Part shown: piece after piece, positions 41,052 through 56,643 of the stretch
Position numbering within the stretch: position 1 is the stretch's first letter
How the letters are laid out: the number at the start of each line of letters is the position of its first letter
Assembly: GCA_964035545.1 (NCBI GenBank)
Contig: OZ037766.1
Span: forward strand, 15,738,722 to 15,802,721
Direction: 5' to 3'
Length of the DNA: 64,000 nucleotides
Source of the DNA: Bugula neritina
Lineage: Eukaryota > Animalia > Bryozoa
The notes under the pieces: generated by a model
What the model was told of the DNA's origin: nothing
Database searches by the model: none
The model's input: the letters and a program-made list of their open reading frames with translations, nothing else
Translations under genes and position numbers: made by a program

Positions 41052-41270
41052 TTAGTATCTTCCATAGTAAGATGAGAGTTTGGATGGGTAGAAGTTATAG
41101 CCCTTGCCAAAGTTGAAGTGTCTGTAGTTGTTGTATAGACCTCGGTTGTATAGACCTCGGTTGTAGTACTTGTAGTTAGATAGTCCGTATCCTCCATAGA
41201 GATAGTTGTTGTAGTAACTAGCTGAGGTAAGTGCTAGGCAGACAGCCAATAGGATTGCAATGACCTTCAT
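41052..41270 (-). CDS. Secreted Tyr/Asn/Gly-rich cationic peptide, copy A (72 aa)
   Basis: Signal peptide MKVIAILLAVCLALTSA followed by a 55-aa mature region with 16 Tyr. 5'-UTR intron at 41601-41286 and TATA box at 41687-41681. Paralog at 45594. Confidence 0.9.
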   Translation of the reverse strand: MKVIAILLAVCLALTSASYYNNYLYGGYGLSNYKYYNRGLYNRGLYNNYRHFNFGKGYNFYPSKLSSYYGRY

Positions 41271-41601
41271 GTTTTAGTTTAAGCTCTGTAGAAATATAGA
41301 ATTAAGAAATCATACAACCTAATATTTAATGCTACAGCTAATTGCGTGTATCAATAATTAGTCTATTACTTCATCTTAATATAAAAAAAAATTTTTAGTG
41401 ATAAAAGAATAAAATCTTTAATGGAAAACAATAAGTATAACATTTTGTTATTTCTCTATGACAGTTTTTATAGTTTATGAATAGTGAAAATGATGTTTAA
41501 GCATCTAGTTGAGTGTCAGAAATAATTTAACAGTTTACACAAACATATTATAGCTAGAATGATAAAACCAATCTAATATATAAAAGAATGAAGTATCTTA
41601 C

Positions 41602-41818
41602 TTTGAAGTTCAGGTAGATCACACTGTATAGTTGATGTTCAACAATTAAGTGAATAATTTATCCAATATTATTCTCTCTCTTTTATACTTTTTGAGTTAT
41701 TCCAATTGCCTTTGCATGACTTAGCTGTTTTGATTATAAATAATTTTTCATTAACTGCTATAGTGTATAAAATGAGGATAACACATTAATCATATAAATT
41801 ATATCTCAGATGACCATC
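41602..41818 (-). promoter_or_regulatory. Promoter and non-coding first exon of Tyr-rich peptide gene A
   Basis: Alignable to 44767-44989. Contains TATAAAA, donor AAA|GTAAGATAC and conserved ATGACTTAGC (41716-41725). Confidence 0.75.
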
Positions 41819-44766
41819 ATAGTGATTTCCTGTATTTTTTTTACAACATTTGCTTTAACCAAGATGTATATAGATCGAAATGTAATTGGTAATTGCAAGC
41901 TTGATATTTGTCACTTCCTAAATTTGACGAAACTAGTTTAAACAATGTAAACAAACTTTACAGCCAATGCACATTAGTGACTAGAAAAAGGAAATAAAGT
42001 AAGGATTATATAATGTAATATCATAGAATTATATACCAATATGATTTAGCTATACACTTTGGTTAAATATTACAAACCAAGCGATCTTAAGTACAATGCA
42101 ATTCAAAGCATTGTCAGGAATTTAAAATCAACAATTTTACCAATTTTTTATAAATATAAAGTTGTGTTTTGTTGTTCTGCTTTTGTTTCCTCTGTTTTTA
42201 AGCACTGTTTGTAGTTTTATTTTTACTTTTTGCAGCTTTAAGGCCATCAAGTTAGCAGACCATGCAGTTAATATTTAATACTATGTTTGATTAAAAATGG
42301 GTAATATGCAACAACTCCTTTTAAGTAAAAGATAACATACTTTTTCAATTCTTTCATAAATATACTAATTTTTGCATAAACATATAAATTTAATGTTTTA
42401 AGTATGTTTCAATTTATAAAGAATTACACGAAAAAAAACATAAATGCATGCATGCTAAAACGACCAATGATGTTTTTTGACAATAAATTCTGTATATTTT
42501 GCATTTAATGTTAGCAAAGTAGCTGTTAGATTTGTTAATAATTGCTGTGGTGTCATTGCATAATTTTTTTGTAATGTTATTTTACTCTCATTTCTGGTTA
42601 TAAAATTAGTATACTTGATTGTTGGCATATATGTTATTATATTTTGTCAGAATAAATAAATATATGGATATAAAATTGCCTCCTTAATTTTTAGATTTAA
42701 GGTTTCATTCCTCTGCAATATTTAATTTTTTGAGGATATGAAATAATAGATATATAATGTCACTTTTATGTCACATTTCTTACCTAGTATTTCAAAATAA
42801 GAAATTATGGAAAAGTTTTGAATAGTGTTTTTTATACAGTTTTATATTAAGTGAACTCAAGAATTAAATTACTTTATATAGCAAGGCTTACTTTTAAATA
42901 TTTTGACTTTTATTCATTGTTTTTTGAAGTATTAGCAAAACAAATTACATATATCTTTTTCAATATACATAAATTGTATATTTCAATTAATAATTTGCAA
43001 CAAAACAATAAACAAGAATCAGAATATTTTAAAAGCAAGTTTTGCTAAAAACAGGCAGCATTATTCAATTGTTTCAAATGAGATTTGCAAAAACTATATA
43101 TTGAACAGTTTCATCATTTTTCATTTTAGGAAATTAGAAGCTTCAGATAGGAAATGTGACATGAAAGTGACAATCTATGTTTTTTTATCTACAAAAGGAA
43201 AATATTGCAAAAAATTAACGCCTTTTAGATTTAGAAAGCAGGCAATTCTTTTGTTGCTAATAGCATACCAACAATCAAGCATACTATTTATATAACTTAT
43301 ATACATGCCTATTGGTAAAGTATAATTACAAACAAATAGCATTATTATAATGCAATATGAAGCAACAACAATAAAATTTGCATTGTAATAATCAACAAAT
43401 TTCCTAGCTATTTTGCCAGCATCTAATGCAAAATATCTTTTTAAATGCTTCAAGACAGTTGCTATAAGGCATGAAAAAATTCACAATTATTTGTTTAAAA
43501 ATTTGTAAATTGAAACAATATTATATGCGTGGAAAGAAGTAAAAATACTGTAGATATTATTTATATTTTTACGCAAAGTTGACACATTTAATACAAAGAT
43601 GTGGAAAAACCTTCTCGCAAAAGTTTTATATACTTAAATTAAGCTGTTGCCTTATTCAATCGTATGTAAACTTAAACTAGCTGATCTTTTAGATTTGACT
43701 AGTTATAAGAGATGTGAAAAGTAACCGAGCTTGATGTACCATTTGGCACTACTATAGAGTGATAAAAACAAACTATACCTACTAATAAATCAAAACTTTT
43801 TATCTTTATAGTTATCCAGCATATTTAGTTCCCAATAATTTTCTTTGCTATATATATATATTATGTATATTTTATTAATGAGAATATGTTTTAAATCATC
43901 ATGGTCTTATCAACTTGTAAAAAAATGAACCTCTTCTCATCTAATCAAACAGTGCTTATGATAATACAGTTATTCTTATTGAAATATATTTTTAATGCTT
44001 CAATTCAATTTTTAATTGAAATTTAATTTTCAATATTTTGCTACCATATACTCCATTATATCATATAGTAGCTACCTTATTGTATATAGGCTATATATAT
44101 ATATTGAGAACCTATAAACACAGAAGTTGTTAAAACTTTCCTCCACCAGCTTATTTCTAGGCTTGGTGATAAGAATTAAACAATTTAAAATTATTATTGT
44201 TATATTAAATGTAGATATGCATAAGTTTGTTTAGATATAATAGTAATAATCACAAACATCAAAATACAAGGAATGAAGTTAGGTGATTACTATAAAAACA
44301 GTTTTTGTTGTAATATTTAGTATAGAATGCCACTAAAAGCTTTGAGTACACTTGCAAATGTACTCAACCTATTTTTCTTTGCATACAGATTACAGTTTTT
44401 TTATAGGCATTCTAGTTGCACGTCTTAAAGAAAATATACAATGACATTTGGCCAAAAAAATATTCCATTGAAACTTGTTAACAAAGATTTAATTATATAA
44501 CCATTTTTTTATCAATTTCCAACTACAATTTGACTACCATATATTATGCATATAATTCTATGAATTATAACATGGGTATATTGATAATAGCTTCTCCTAC
44601 CAAAATTCTCAAACTTCTCATCTGCGTTGTTAATGATTCAATAACTTACCATTCTCTGATAGCCAGGCAGAAATTTAATTATGCAATTGAAATTTTTTCA
44701 TTTCCATACTCCTTGCTTAAATAATGAAAAGTGTTGAATAACTTGAAATAAAGAGGAAATCAATAA

Positions 44767-44989
44767 GATGGCCATCTGAGATGTAATTTAGATGATTGAT
44801 GTGTTATCCTCATGTTATACACTATATCAACTAATGAGAAATTGATTATAATTAAAACAGCTAAGTCATGCCTAGGACAAAAGCAAGGAATAACTCAAAA
44901 AGTATATAAAGAGAGAATTTGTTTGAATAAATCATTCACTTGTTGAACTGCATCAGCTGTATAACAGTGTGTTCTACCTGGGCTCAAAA
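44767..44989 (+). promoter_or_regulatory. Promoter and non-coding first exon of Tyr-rich peptide gene B
   Basis: TATATAAA at 44903-44910, donor GT at 44990, acceptor CAG ending at 45578, and conserved GCTAAGTCAT (44860-44869). Confidence 0.75.
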
Positions 44990-45593
44990 GTAAGATACTT
45001 TGTTATTTTATAGTATAGATTATAATATAGTACTTTAATTTTCTTAAAATTATCAACGTGTATTTTAATAAAAAAATTCATAGACATCACTTGTATTACA
45101 AACTGTTTGTTTTATTGAAAAGTATAATTGCAAAATATAATATTACCATATGTTATGCTTTTGAAACTTATTCAGTGTGTTGTTTTTGGACTGAGAAATA
45201 CATATAATATTGAATTTGACAAATCCCAAATGCCAAAGACATATTAATATTTTAATCTTAAAACTAATTGCTTATAAGTATCTTATTTACTGTCAATGAA
45301 ATACAAAAGTTATAAAACCTTTTACTATCTAGATCAAGGATTGTCGCAAAGTGTTATCATGTACCGGTACTGCTCTTTTTATGCTTTTATTCCGTTTTCA
45401 TTGAAAATTATATCTTTTTGCTAAATTTTGATAAAATAGGAATTGTAATTTTTTGATTTTAAGGTTTAAATTTGATCTATTTTATAAAAATTATGTTTTG
45501 TGAAAAAAAATAGCTTTTATGTTCTTTTCTAATTTTTAATTGTTTGCCATTTATATAGCAATTTGCTTCTTTTTACAGAATTTAAATTCAAAC

Positions 45594-45812
45594 ATGAAGG
45601 TCATTGCAATCCTATTGGCTGTCTGCCTAGCACTTACCTCAGCTAGTTACTACAACAACTATCTCTATGGAGGATACGGACTATCTAACTACAAGTACTA
45701 CAACCGAGGTCTATACAACCGAGGTCTATACAACAACTACAGACACTTCAACTTTGGCAAGGGCTATAATTTATACCCATCCAAACTCTCATCTTACTAT
45801 GGAAGATACTAA
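45594..45812 (+). CDS. Secreted Tyr/Asn/Gly-rich cationic peptide, copy B (72 aa)
   Basis: 217/219 nt identical to copy A, with one F>L change. The true start is ATG 45594; the ORF-track extension to 45540 is mostly intronic. Confidence 0.9.
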   Translation: MKVIAILLAVCLALTSASYYNNYLYGGYGLSNYKYYNRGLYNRGLYNNYRHFNFGKGYNLYPSKLSSYYGRY

Positions 45813-48046
45813 ATAGTAACGCCTGGTAGGTGTCCTTAGCTAAGTTATATTATAAACCAATAGCTTTTCAAGTAATTTCTCAGTAGTTTACTTTGTAACA
45901 TTAATTTGCCTTGTAGTTCATAGTGAATAAATGCTGCATATTACTTTTACTGTTTTAAGAATTAGTTTTTAAAATTAGTTTTTCTACGTAGTTCAGTCAA
46001 AAATGGTTCAGCTCAAAAAAACTTTTGAGCTTGTAAAAATATTTAATAAAAAGTAGCATCTTTTTGAAGCATAGCTCTATAATTATATGTATTATTATAA
46101 CCATGTAAAATATTGAACACATATGCAGCAGCTTCTATAAAGCTAAACACCAATGTCTTGGTTTTCTGTTAAGCAGCTGCTGGGTAATGCAGTTTTGGCT
46201 TCAAAAGCAATATCTAATATATTTGATTGAAATTATTTTTTAACAATATTGACTGCTAATAACTATATTTTGGGAAATAGCCTAAATTGTGCTTAGTTTT
46301 TTTATGTATTGTTAAATATCTAAAATAGGTCATATTTTATGAAACTTATATACAAATTTTTTTTATTAATAACCATTATAGAAAAACTCCACACCGAACT
46401 TTCTTCTTTTATGTTCTTTTATGTTACATTGCAGAACACTGAAAAGATGAACTTTGGACCGATTTCACCGCTTGACCTGCCCCACTTGAAAACCCTATTT
46501 TGTTAAACTTTTCTTTATGTCTACAATTTGCCATTTTATTTTGTTTGTTATAATTATAAATATGTTGACATTAGCTATTATTAAAAAATAGTCTCGATGC
46601 AAATTCTTAGGCCTACTTGTCTTTGCTATTATAAACAGGATACTACATCATAATACGGAGTAACAACATTTAGTGTTAAGCTTATTGATTTGAAGATAAC
46701 TGATAGGGAGTTAAGCTCATAACCTCCGAGTAATCTAAAACTGCATAATTATATTTTACTTTAAATTGTAACCATGTTACAGCGATTGCAGAAGCAAGCT
46801 TTCCATTAATAGTTATCGCACTACAAGTGAGGCTAGCAATATGTTTTAAAAACATAACTCCTAGCTGTACATTTACAATTAAAGCTTTATGTAGCCAAAA
46901 TTTTGTGGTTGCAGTGTACTATATAATATAATTTGTAGTGCTTACACAGTAAAGGTTGATGTTCAAGTGTGGATCTTCACTCGTGTATCCTTTTATTGTT
47001 TACACTTGACCTACACCGAGTTTACAGCATCTGACTCTATACACTGGTTTAGCGAAACCAAGATCAATAGCAAATTCACTTAAAAAAAACAATTACAAAA
47101 AATTATAGCCTACAAAACAAATGCTTTCGCATGCTGTAAACCTAAGATGCATGCTTCATAACGAATATAAATTTTCAGCAAGCTAGAAAAGACAAAATAT
47201 ATAATTAAATGCACCAACGGTTACTGTAGAAAATAATTATTTTGCTATAACAAAGCCCCATCTGTTCACCAGCATGTCTTTTGCTAAATGGTTAAATTGA
47301 TAGCAGCTCTCACTGCTGTGCAGGCACAGCTTGTCTGCAAAACGCTAAAGGAACAATTTTGTATTATACCTTATTAAACACATGATCTTTAATCAACATG
47401 ATCAATTACACAGTCTCTAATTCCCTCCCTTCCCCTAGCACATAAAAATATTTCAAATTTTTCACTATTGAGATGTGTGGCGCTATGGGCAATAGTTCAA
47501 ACTCATATATAATATGTGTTTGAAACATGAAGCAGCAGCTACTTTGTGTAATTAGCACAGATTTAGGTCTAATCTTTTAATTTTACTAATAGAATTTTAA
47601 TTGTAATATAATCAACTTGAATCTGATGCATGTTTTAGAATGAAAACAACAACAACTCAAAGCAGAATTAAACTTTAGCTAAATTATTATTTTTTTTAAT
47701 ATTAGGAAAATGTTTTTGATAATACACAAACAGATGAAAATAGATGCTAAGAACTATTTTAGCACATCTATAACAATTGAGAAATTTTGTCATGATTAAA
47801 AACTATAGATTTATGAAAACGTATACTTGCATCATATATGTCACATCAAAATTTACATTATAGACTGTTGGCCAGGTTTGATAGAAACTGCTCTTAGACC
47901 AGAAACACTCCTGAGTAGAAGTCGTATAGGCAAAAGATTTACACCATTATTTCTTAGACAGTGTTTTGCACATTTGAACACAAAGCTGAAAGTAACCAAA
48001 GTTGGGCTCACTATGTTGGACATAAGCTGCTATCTAACATACTAGG

Positions 48047-49336
48047 TAGGGGTAACCGGGGCACAACGGTCATAGGGGTACAAAAAGCCGGCCAAATTGT
48101 GAGAGAACTTATTGACTTAGAGTTGCGATTTGTTTTTCATAAAAAGGTATTGACATAAATATTCAGCCATTGTAGTTTCAACACTTGCAGAACATAGGTG
48201 TTGAAAAGGCGAGTGAAAAACTGTTTTTACCTACCTTTTGCAAAATTTTTAAGATGTCGTTAAAGCTTTATAACTTTTTACACTCAAAGGCAACGAGCCT
48301 AGATTTTACTGATATTGTTGCCATTGCTTGTCTCTACATTGCTTAACTAGTACAACAGCAAACTCTAAAATAAATTTTCCTTGAGGCAAATTTATGTTCA
48401 ATTTGGCCATCCGGGGCACAATGGGCCACCTGATTATTGTACCCTGATCACTGTTATTAATTTGTTAGCCCAAAAAGTTGGTTGAAATGTTACTAAAATT
48501 TATAGATATAGCCATTTCTGACCTTTTTGTAAAACATCAAAGACATTATGGTAAGACTACAAAACTACAAGGTGAAGCTCCCCTAATATATACATCTGGT
48601 GAGGTTAAAGCTATGTTTTTTTATACATAATACAAAACACTCTGCTATTGCTACTAGTAGATAGTCATGATATTCATTATACATTATATCATAGAGGAAA
48701 TATACATGTATTTGACTAAAATAAATTGTGATTTGCTCATTCGCTCCCCCCCCTCTCCCTTCCGTACTGCAGCCACAAACCGAAGCCATGCACCTTAGCT
48801 ACAGTTCATAGAAAAAACAGTTCACTCAAAATTTTGTAGCACATGTTACTAAAGTTTTATTTCTGATAAAAGTTCCTCTGAAGTGTAAATAAAAAACATT
48901 TTTAGTTCTAAACAGTAATGATAATGGCACTGGAGAACCGAGTGATGTGCGTTTGAATTTTCTTTCCCCTGCTATCCGTGGTGGCACAAACTGTACAGCT
49001 AAAACATGAATTTTGCTTTAGATCTGAAAGAATAATTTTATTTATTTGTAATATTAAATAAATAAAGATCAGATGCAACAAAATCCGCAAAGTTTCAATA
49101 TATTTGTTGTGTCCCGCCCAGCTGCCCATTGTACCCCCGTCATGAAAATTTTATTATTCTGAAAGTTGCGAGAGAAATAGAAACAACAATCTGATACCTG
49201 TAATAGACAACAGATGCAGCATTAAGACTAGAGATTATTGAACTAGTAACTTGAAAAACAGACGAATGAGAGCAGAAAATGCAAAATTCAGCCCGTTGTG
49301 CCCCCCCCCCCCCCCCCCCCCCCCCCGTTACCCCTA
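48047..49336 (-). mobile_element. Non-autonomous TA-flanked TIR element, copy 2 (inverted relative to copy 1)
   Basis: Termini are TAGGGGTAACCGGGGCACAACG and CGTTGTG-C26-GTTACCCCTA. The body aligns to the reverse complement of 9983-11305. Confidence 0.9.
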
Positions 49337-49960
49337 CATAGCTGCTAATGTTTGTCAGACTTTTATTTCCTATACATTGCTATCATTTTGAAGAAACACA
49401 AGTTCATTGTTAGTGAGTGAATTGTTTCAAAACTGAAAGATAAAGAATGGAAATATCTTGGGCAAATATGTTGCCAATGTTTATGAAAACATCTGTCCAA
49501 CTAAAGATAAAATTTATAATGCCAGAGCTGAATAACTAAATTTAACACTGCAAAAATCAGTATGCATAGTCCCTCCTGTCAAAATGACACAGGTAATAAT
49601 GGCGCAGCTAATAATAGCACAAGAGGTAAAAATGGCATGCTTTCAATATTAGAGTTTAGGGTGGAATTGAGTTTTTGTGATGGGTTTGAGTTTGGGAAAA
49701 TTTATTATCAGCGTACCATTTTAGATAATCTGCAATTTTGTTTATGCTACAAGTTATAAAATAAATTCCTACCATATCAAAATATTTTGAATAGCATTAT
49801 ATTGGGTATTACATAACAGAGCTCAGACTTCTAATAAAAATAATTGGTCATAACTAACAAAGGTGTAAGATAGAGATGAAAGTTGATGGTTGTAAAAAGA
49901 TATAACTAGTATTTAGTTATCAAGCATTTATTAGATCTTATTACATTCCACTATGAGGTT

Positions 49961-53124
<3,164 letters not shown>

Positions 53125-53300
53125 TTTATATGTGACTGTTACCAGTGTCTGTTTGAGGTTGAAGACCAATTGTGTTGCAAGTCTCTAGAAGTTCTGGCGA
53201 TCTGTATAAATTATCATAATATACTTAGTTCTCAAAACCAAAATTGGCTGTTGTTTTGAGTAAATGGTTCCTCTACTCCAAACCTTTTTATTTATATAAG

Positions 53301-53496
53301 CTCACTCACACAAGTTGATAGTCACTATTCCTGTGAGAAAACCTCTGATGGAAGGGCTTTTTGTTAAACCGGGCTAAAGACTTATTGAGATAAGTCACAG
53401 GAGTTTTTCCTAACATCACCAATGGCTTTTGTCTGGGCACAGACCCATGATCCATGCTTACTAGGCAGACGCTCTAACCCCCTGACCAAAACTGCT
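53301..53496 (-). mobile_element. tRNA-derived SINE with Meta-like core, copy 3 (internal deletion)
   Basis: Shares TTTTTGTTAAA(C/T)CGGGCTAA and CATCACCAA with the other copies. The minus strand begins AGCAGTTTTGGTCAGGGGGTTAGAGCGTCTGCCTAGTAA. Confidence 0.75.
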
Positions 53497-54249
53497 TCCA
53501 AATCTTTTTATTTAAATATATACTTTCAAAAGTAACATAAATCAAACTGATAGATTAATAATCTATAATATAATTTTGTAGTTTATAGGTATTTGAAGTT
53601 TAGGCTTTGGATACATATGCCGCTTACAGTTTTTCGAAGCATATGCTCTTCTGTCTACAGCACTATAATGAATGAGACAAGCAGCAAAACTTTTGTAAAT
53701 TTATAGCACCTTCTTGTCAGAGTTACTCAACTGAACTATCAAATATTATGGAAACAAAAATCCATTAAAAATTAACAATGAATTACAAATACGCTACAAT
53801 TACCTGTTACAGTGCTCACTTTAAGAAAGATTGATGCTGAATTAGACTATAAAGTTTCTGTTGTGATGATATCCTGCACAGTCAAATTTACTATCTATAT
53901 TCTTTCCAAATGAATGACCAACAACTAAACTTGAGAAGCACTTTGATAACAAGCAGTATTATAGGCAATGAAATTAGGCTAGTGTCGAACTAAATGAACT
54001 TGGACAATTATGATTAATGATTATGAATAAATCTTGCATAGCCAACACTAATGGGGTCAACTGCTAGTAAAAATCATAAGGTGATCTTCATAGAATATTT
54101 CTAGGCATATGAAACAATAACTCTACTTTTTAGTCACTTCTTGCTTTTGCAATGATTGATCTTTTCTAAGCAAGTGTTACCTAGATGCCTCTTTAATGTT
54201 GTTTTTAATTGGAATTCAGCATGCGTCTAGTAAAGTGCCTTCACCATTT

Positions 54250-55290
<1,041 letters not shown>

Positions 55291-56055
55291 TGTTTCATAG
55301 TCCATCGTCATAGCATATTAATAGCCCCTAAACAAAACAATAAATTCCTACAACTGCCAGCAAAAGCCACAATCAATGAATCAAGTGTATTGCAAAAGCC
55401 TAAGACAACAAATCTGCCAGAATATTTCTGTTCCCTTATTTGGAATTACTTGGGGCTGGTGGTGCAATTTGGGTGACCAATGGGATCTGGAACACATCAT
55501 TTTTGTTTATTTGTTTTTTGTGTATTATTCTGCTGCTGTTGGAAAGCATTGGTTATCCTGATCAGTTGCACTTAGTAGAGCCAAAGAGCAAGTTATACTA
55601 CTTATAATTTTACATTAAACAAGATACATATTGCTAACTATTGAAACCTAAGAGCAGAAGCTGTATTATCAAGTTATCAGAGAAGCGCTAAAGGTTTGTC
55701 TACTATTAATTTTTCTATCATTTATTGTCCAAATGCTGTAATATCAATACATTTAGCTTATATTATACGAAGTGGTTTATAGCTGACATTATTTTTAGTG
55801 AAGTATTATGCAGTAATATTTTGCTTACTTTAATAATTTTTATGTGTGTTATTTCCTTACATTTCTTATTTTCTTGTACTTTATTTAGCCTTATATTGTG
55901 TGTATTTTATTTAGATTTCACGGTGTAGCTTTGTGAGCAAAAGTGTTATAAGTTGGAATAAAATACTAATAACTACACTCACAAGACATCAGTTGAATTC
56001 CTAAACCTACTCTGATAAGCTTGCGGTTGCTAGCAGACCTAACAGAACTGCTACA

Positions 56056-56310
56056 ATGTGTATATATATATATGTATATGTATCTGTGTGTGTGTGTATA
56101 TGTATATGTAACTGTGTGTGTGTGCGTGTGTGTGTGCGTGTGTGTGTGCGTGTGCGTGTGCGTGTGTGTGTGCGTGTGCGTGCGGGTACACCATGCATAC
56201 ATGCATACATGCATAAGCATTTATGCATGTGTATATGCATGTATTTATATGTATTTAATCTATATGTATTTATATGTATTTATATGCATCTGTGTAGATG
56301 CCTAAAGCAT
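56056..56310. repeat. Second, shorter compound microsatellite related to 54250-55290
   Basis: Same order of blocks: (GTGTGC)n, GCGGGTACACCA, (TGCA)n-like, TATGTATTTATATGTAT. Confidence 0.85.
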
Positions 56311-56643
56311 GCAATGCATCAGTAGAATTCTAACAAATAGATATAGAATCTGTACTTTTATTTATAGTCAGAGATTATGGGGATGGTATGAATATGCAAT
56401 ATAAGTGATTAACAACTAATATACTTTCAAACAACTGCATAACATAGATAATTGAATGCACGAAAACAAGTATAAATGATAATGGCAGTGTTTACAAGCT
56501 TACAATTATATTATAATTTATTGCATGGAATAAATATAACATGTTTTATATTTAATGTCATACCAAATAGAACAAATAGATAGACAGATACACAATTTTG
56601 TAAGTATGTTATGGAGAACAAGTTACAATATTCTAAACATTCA

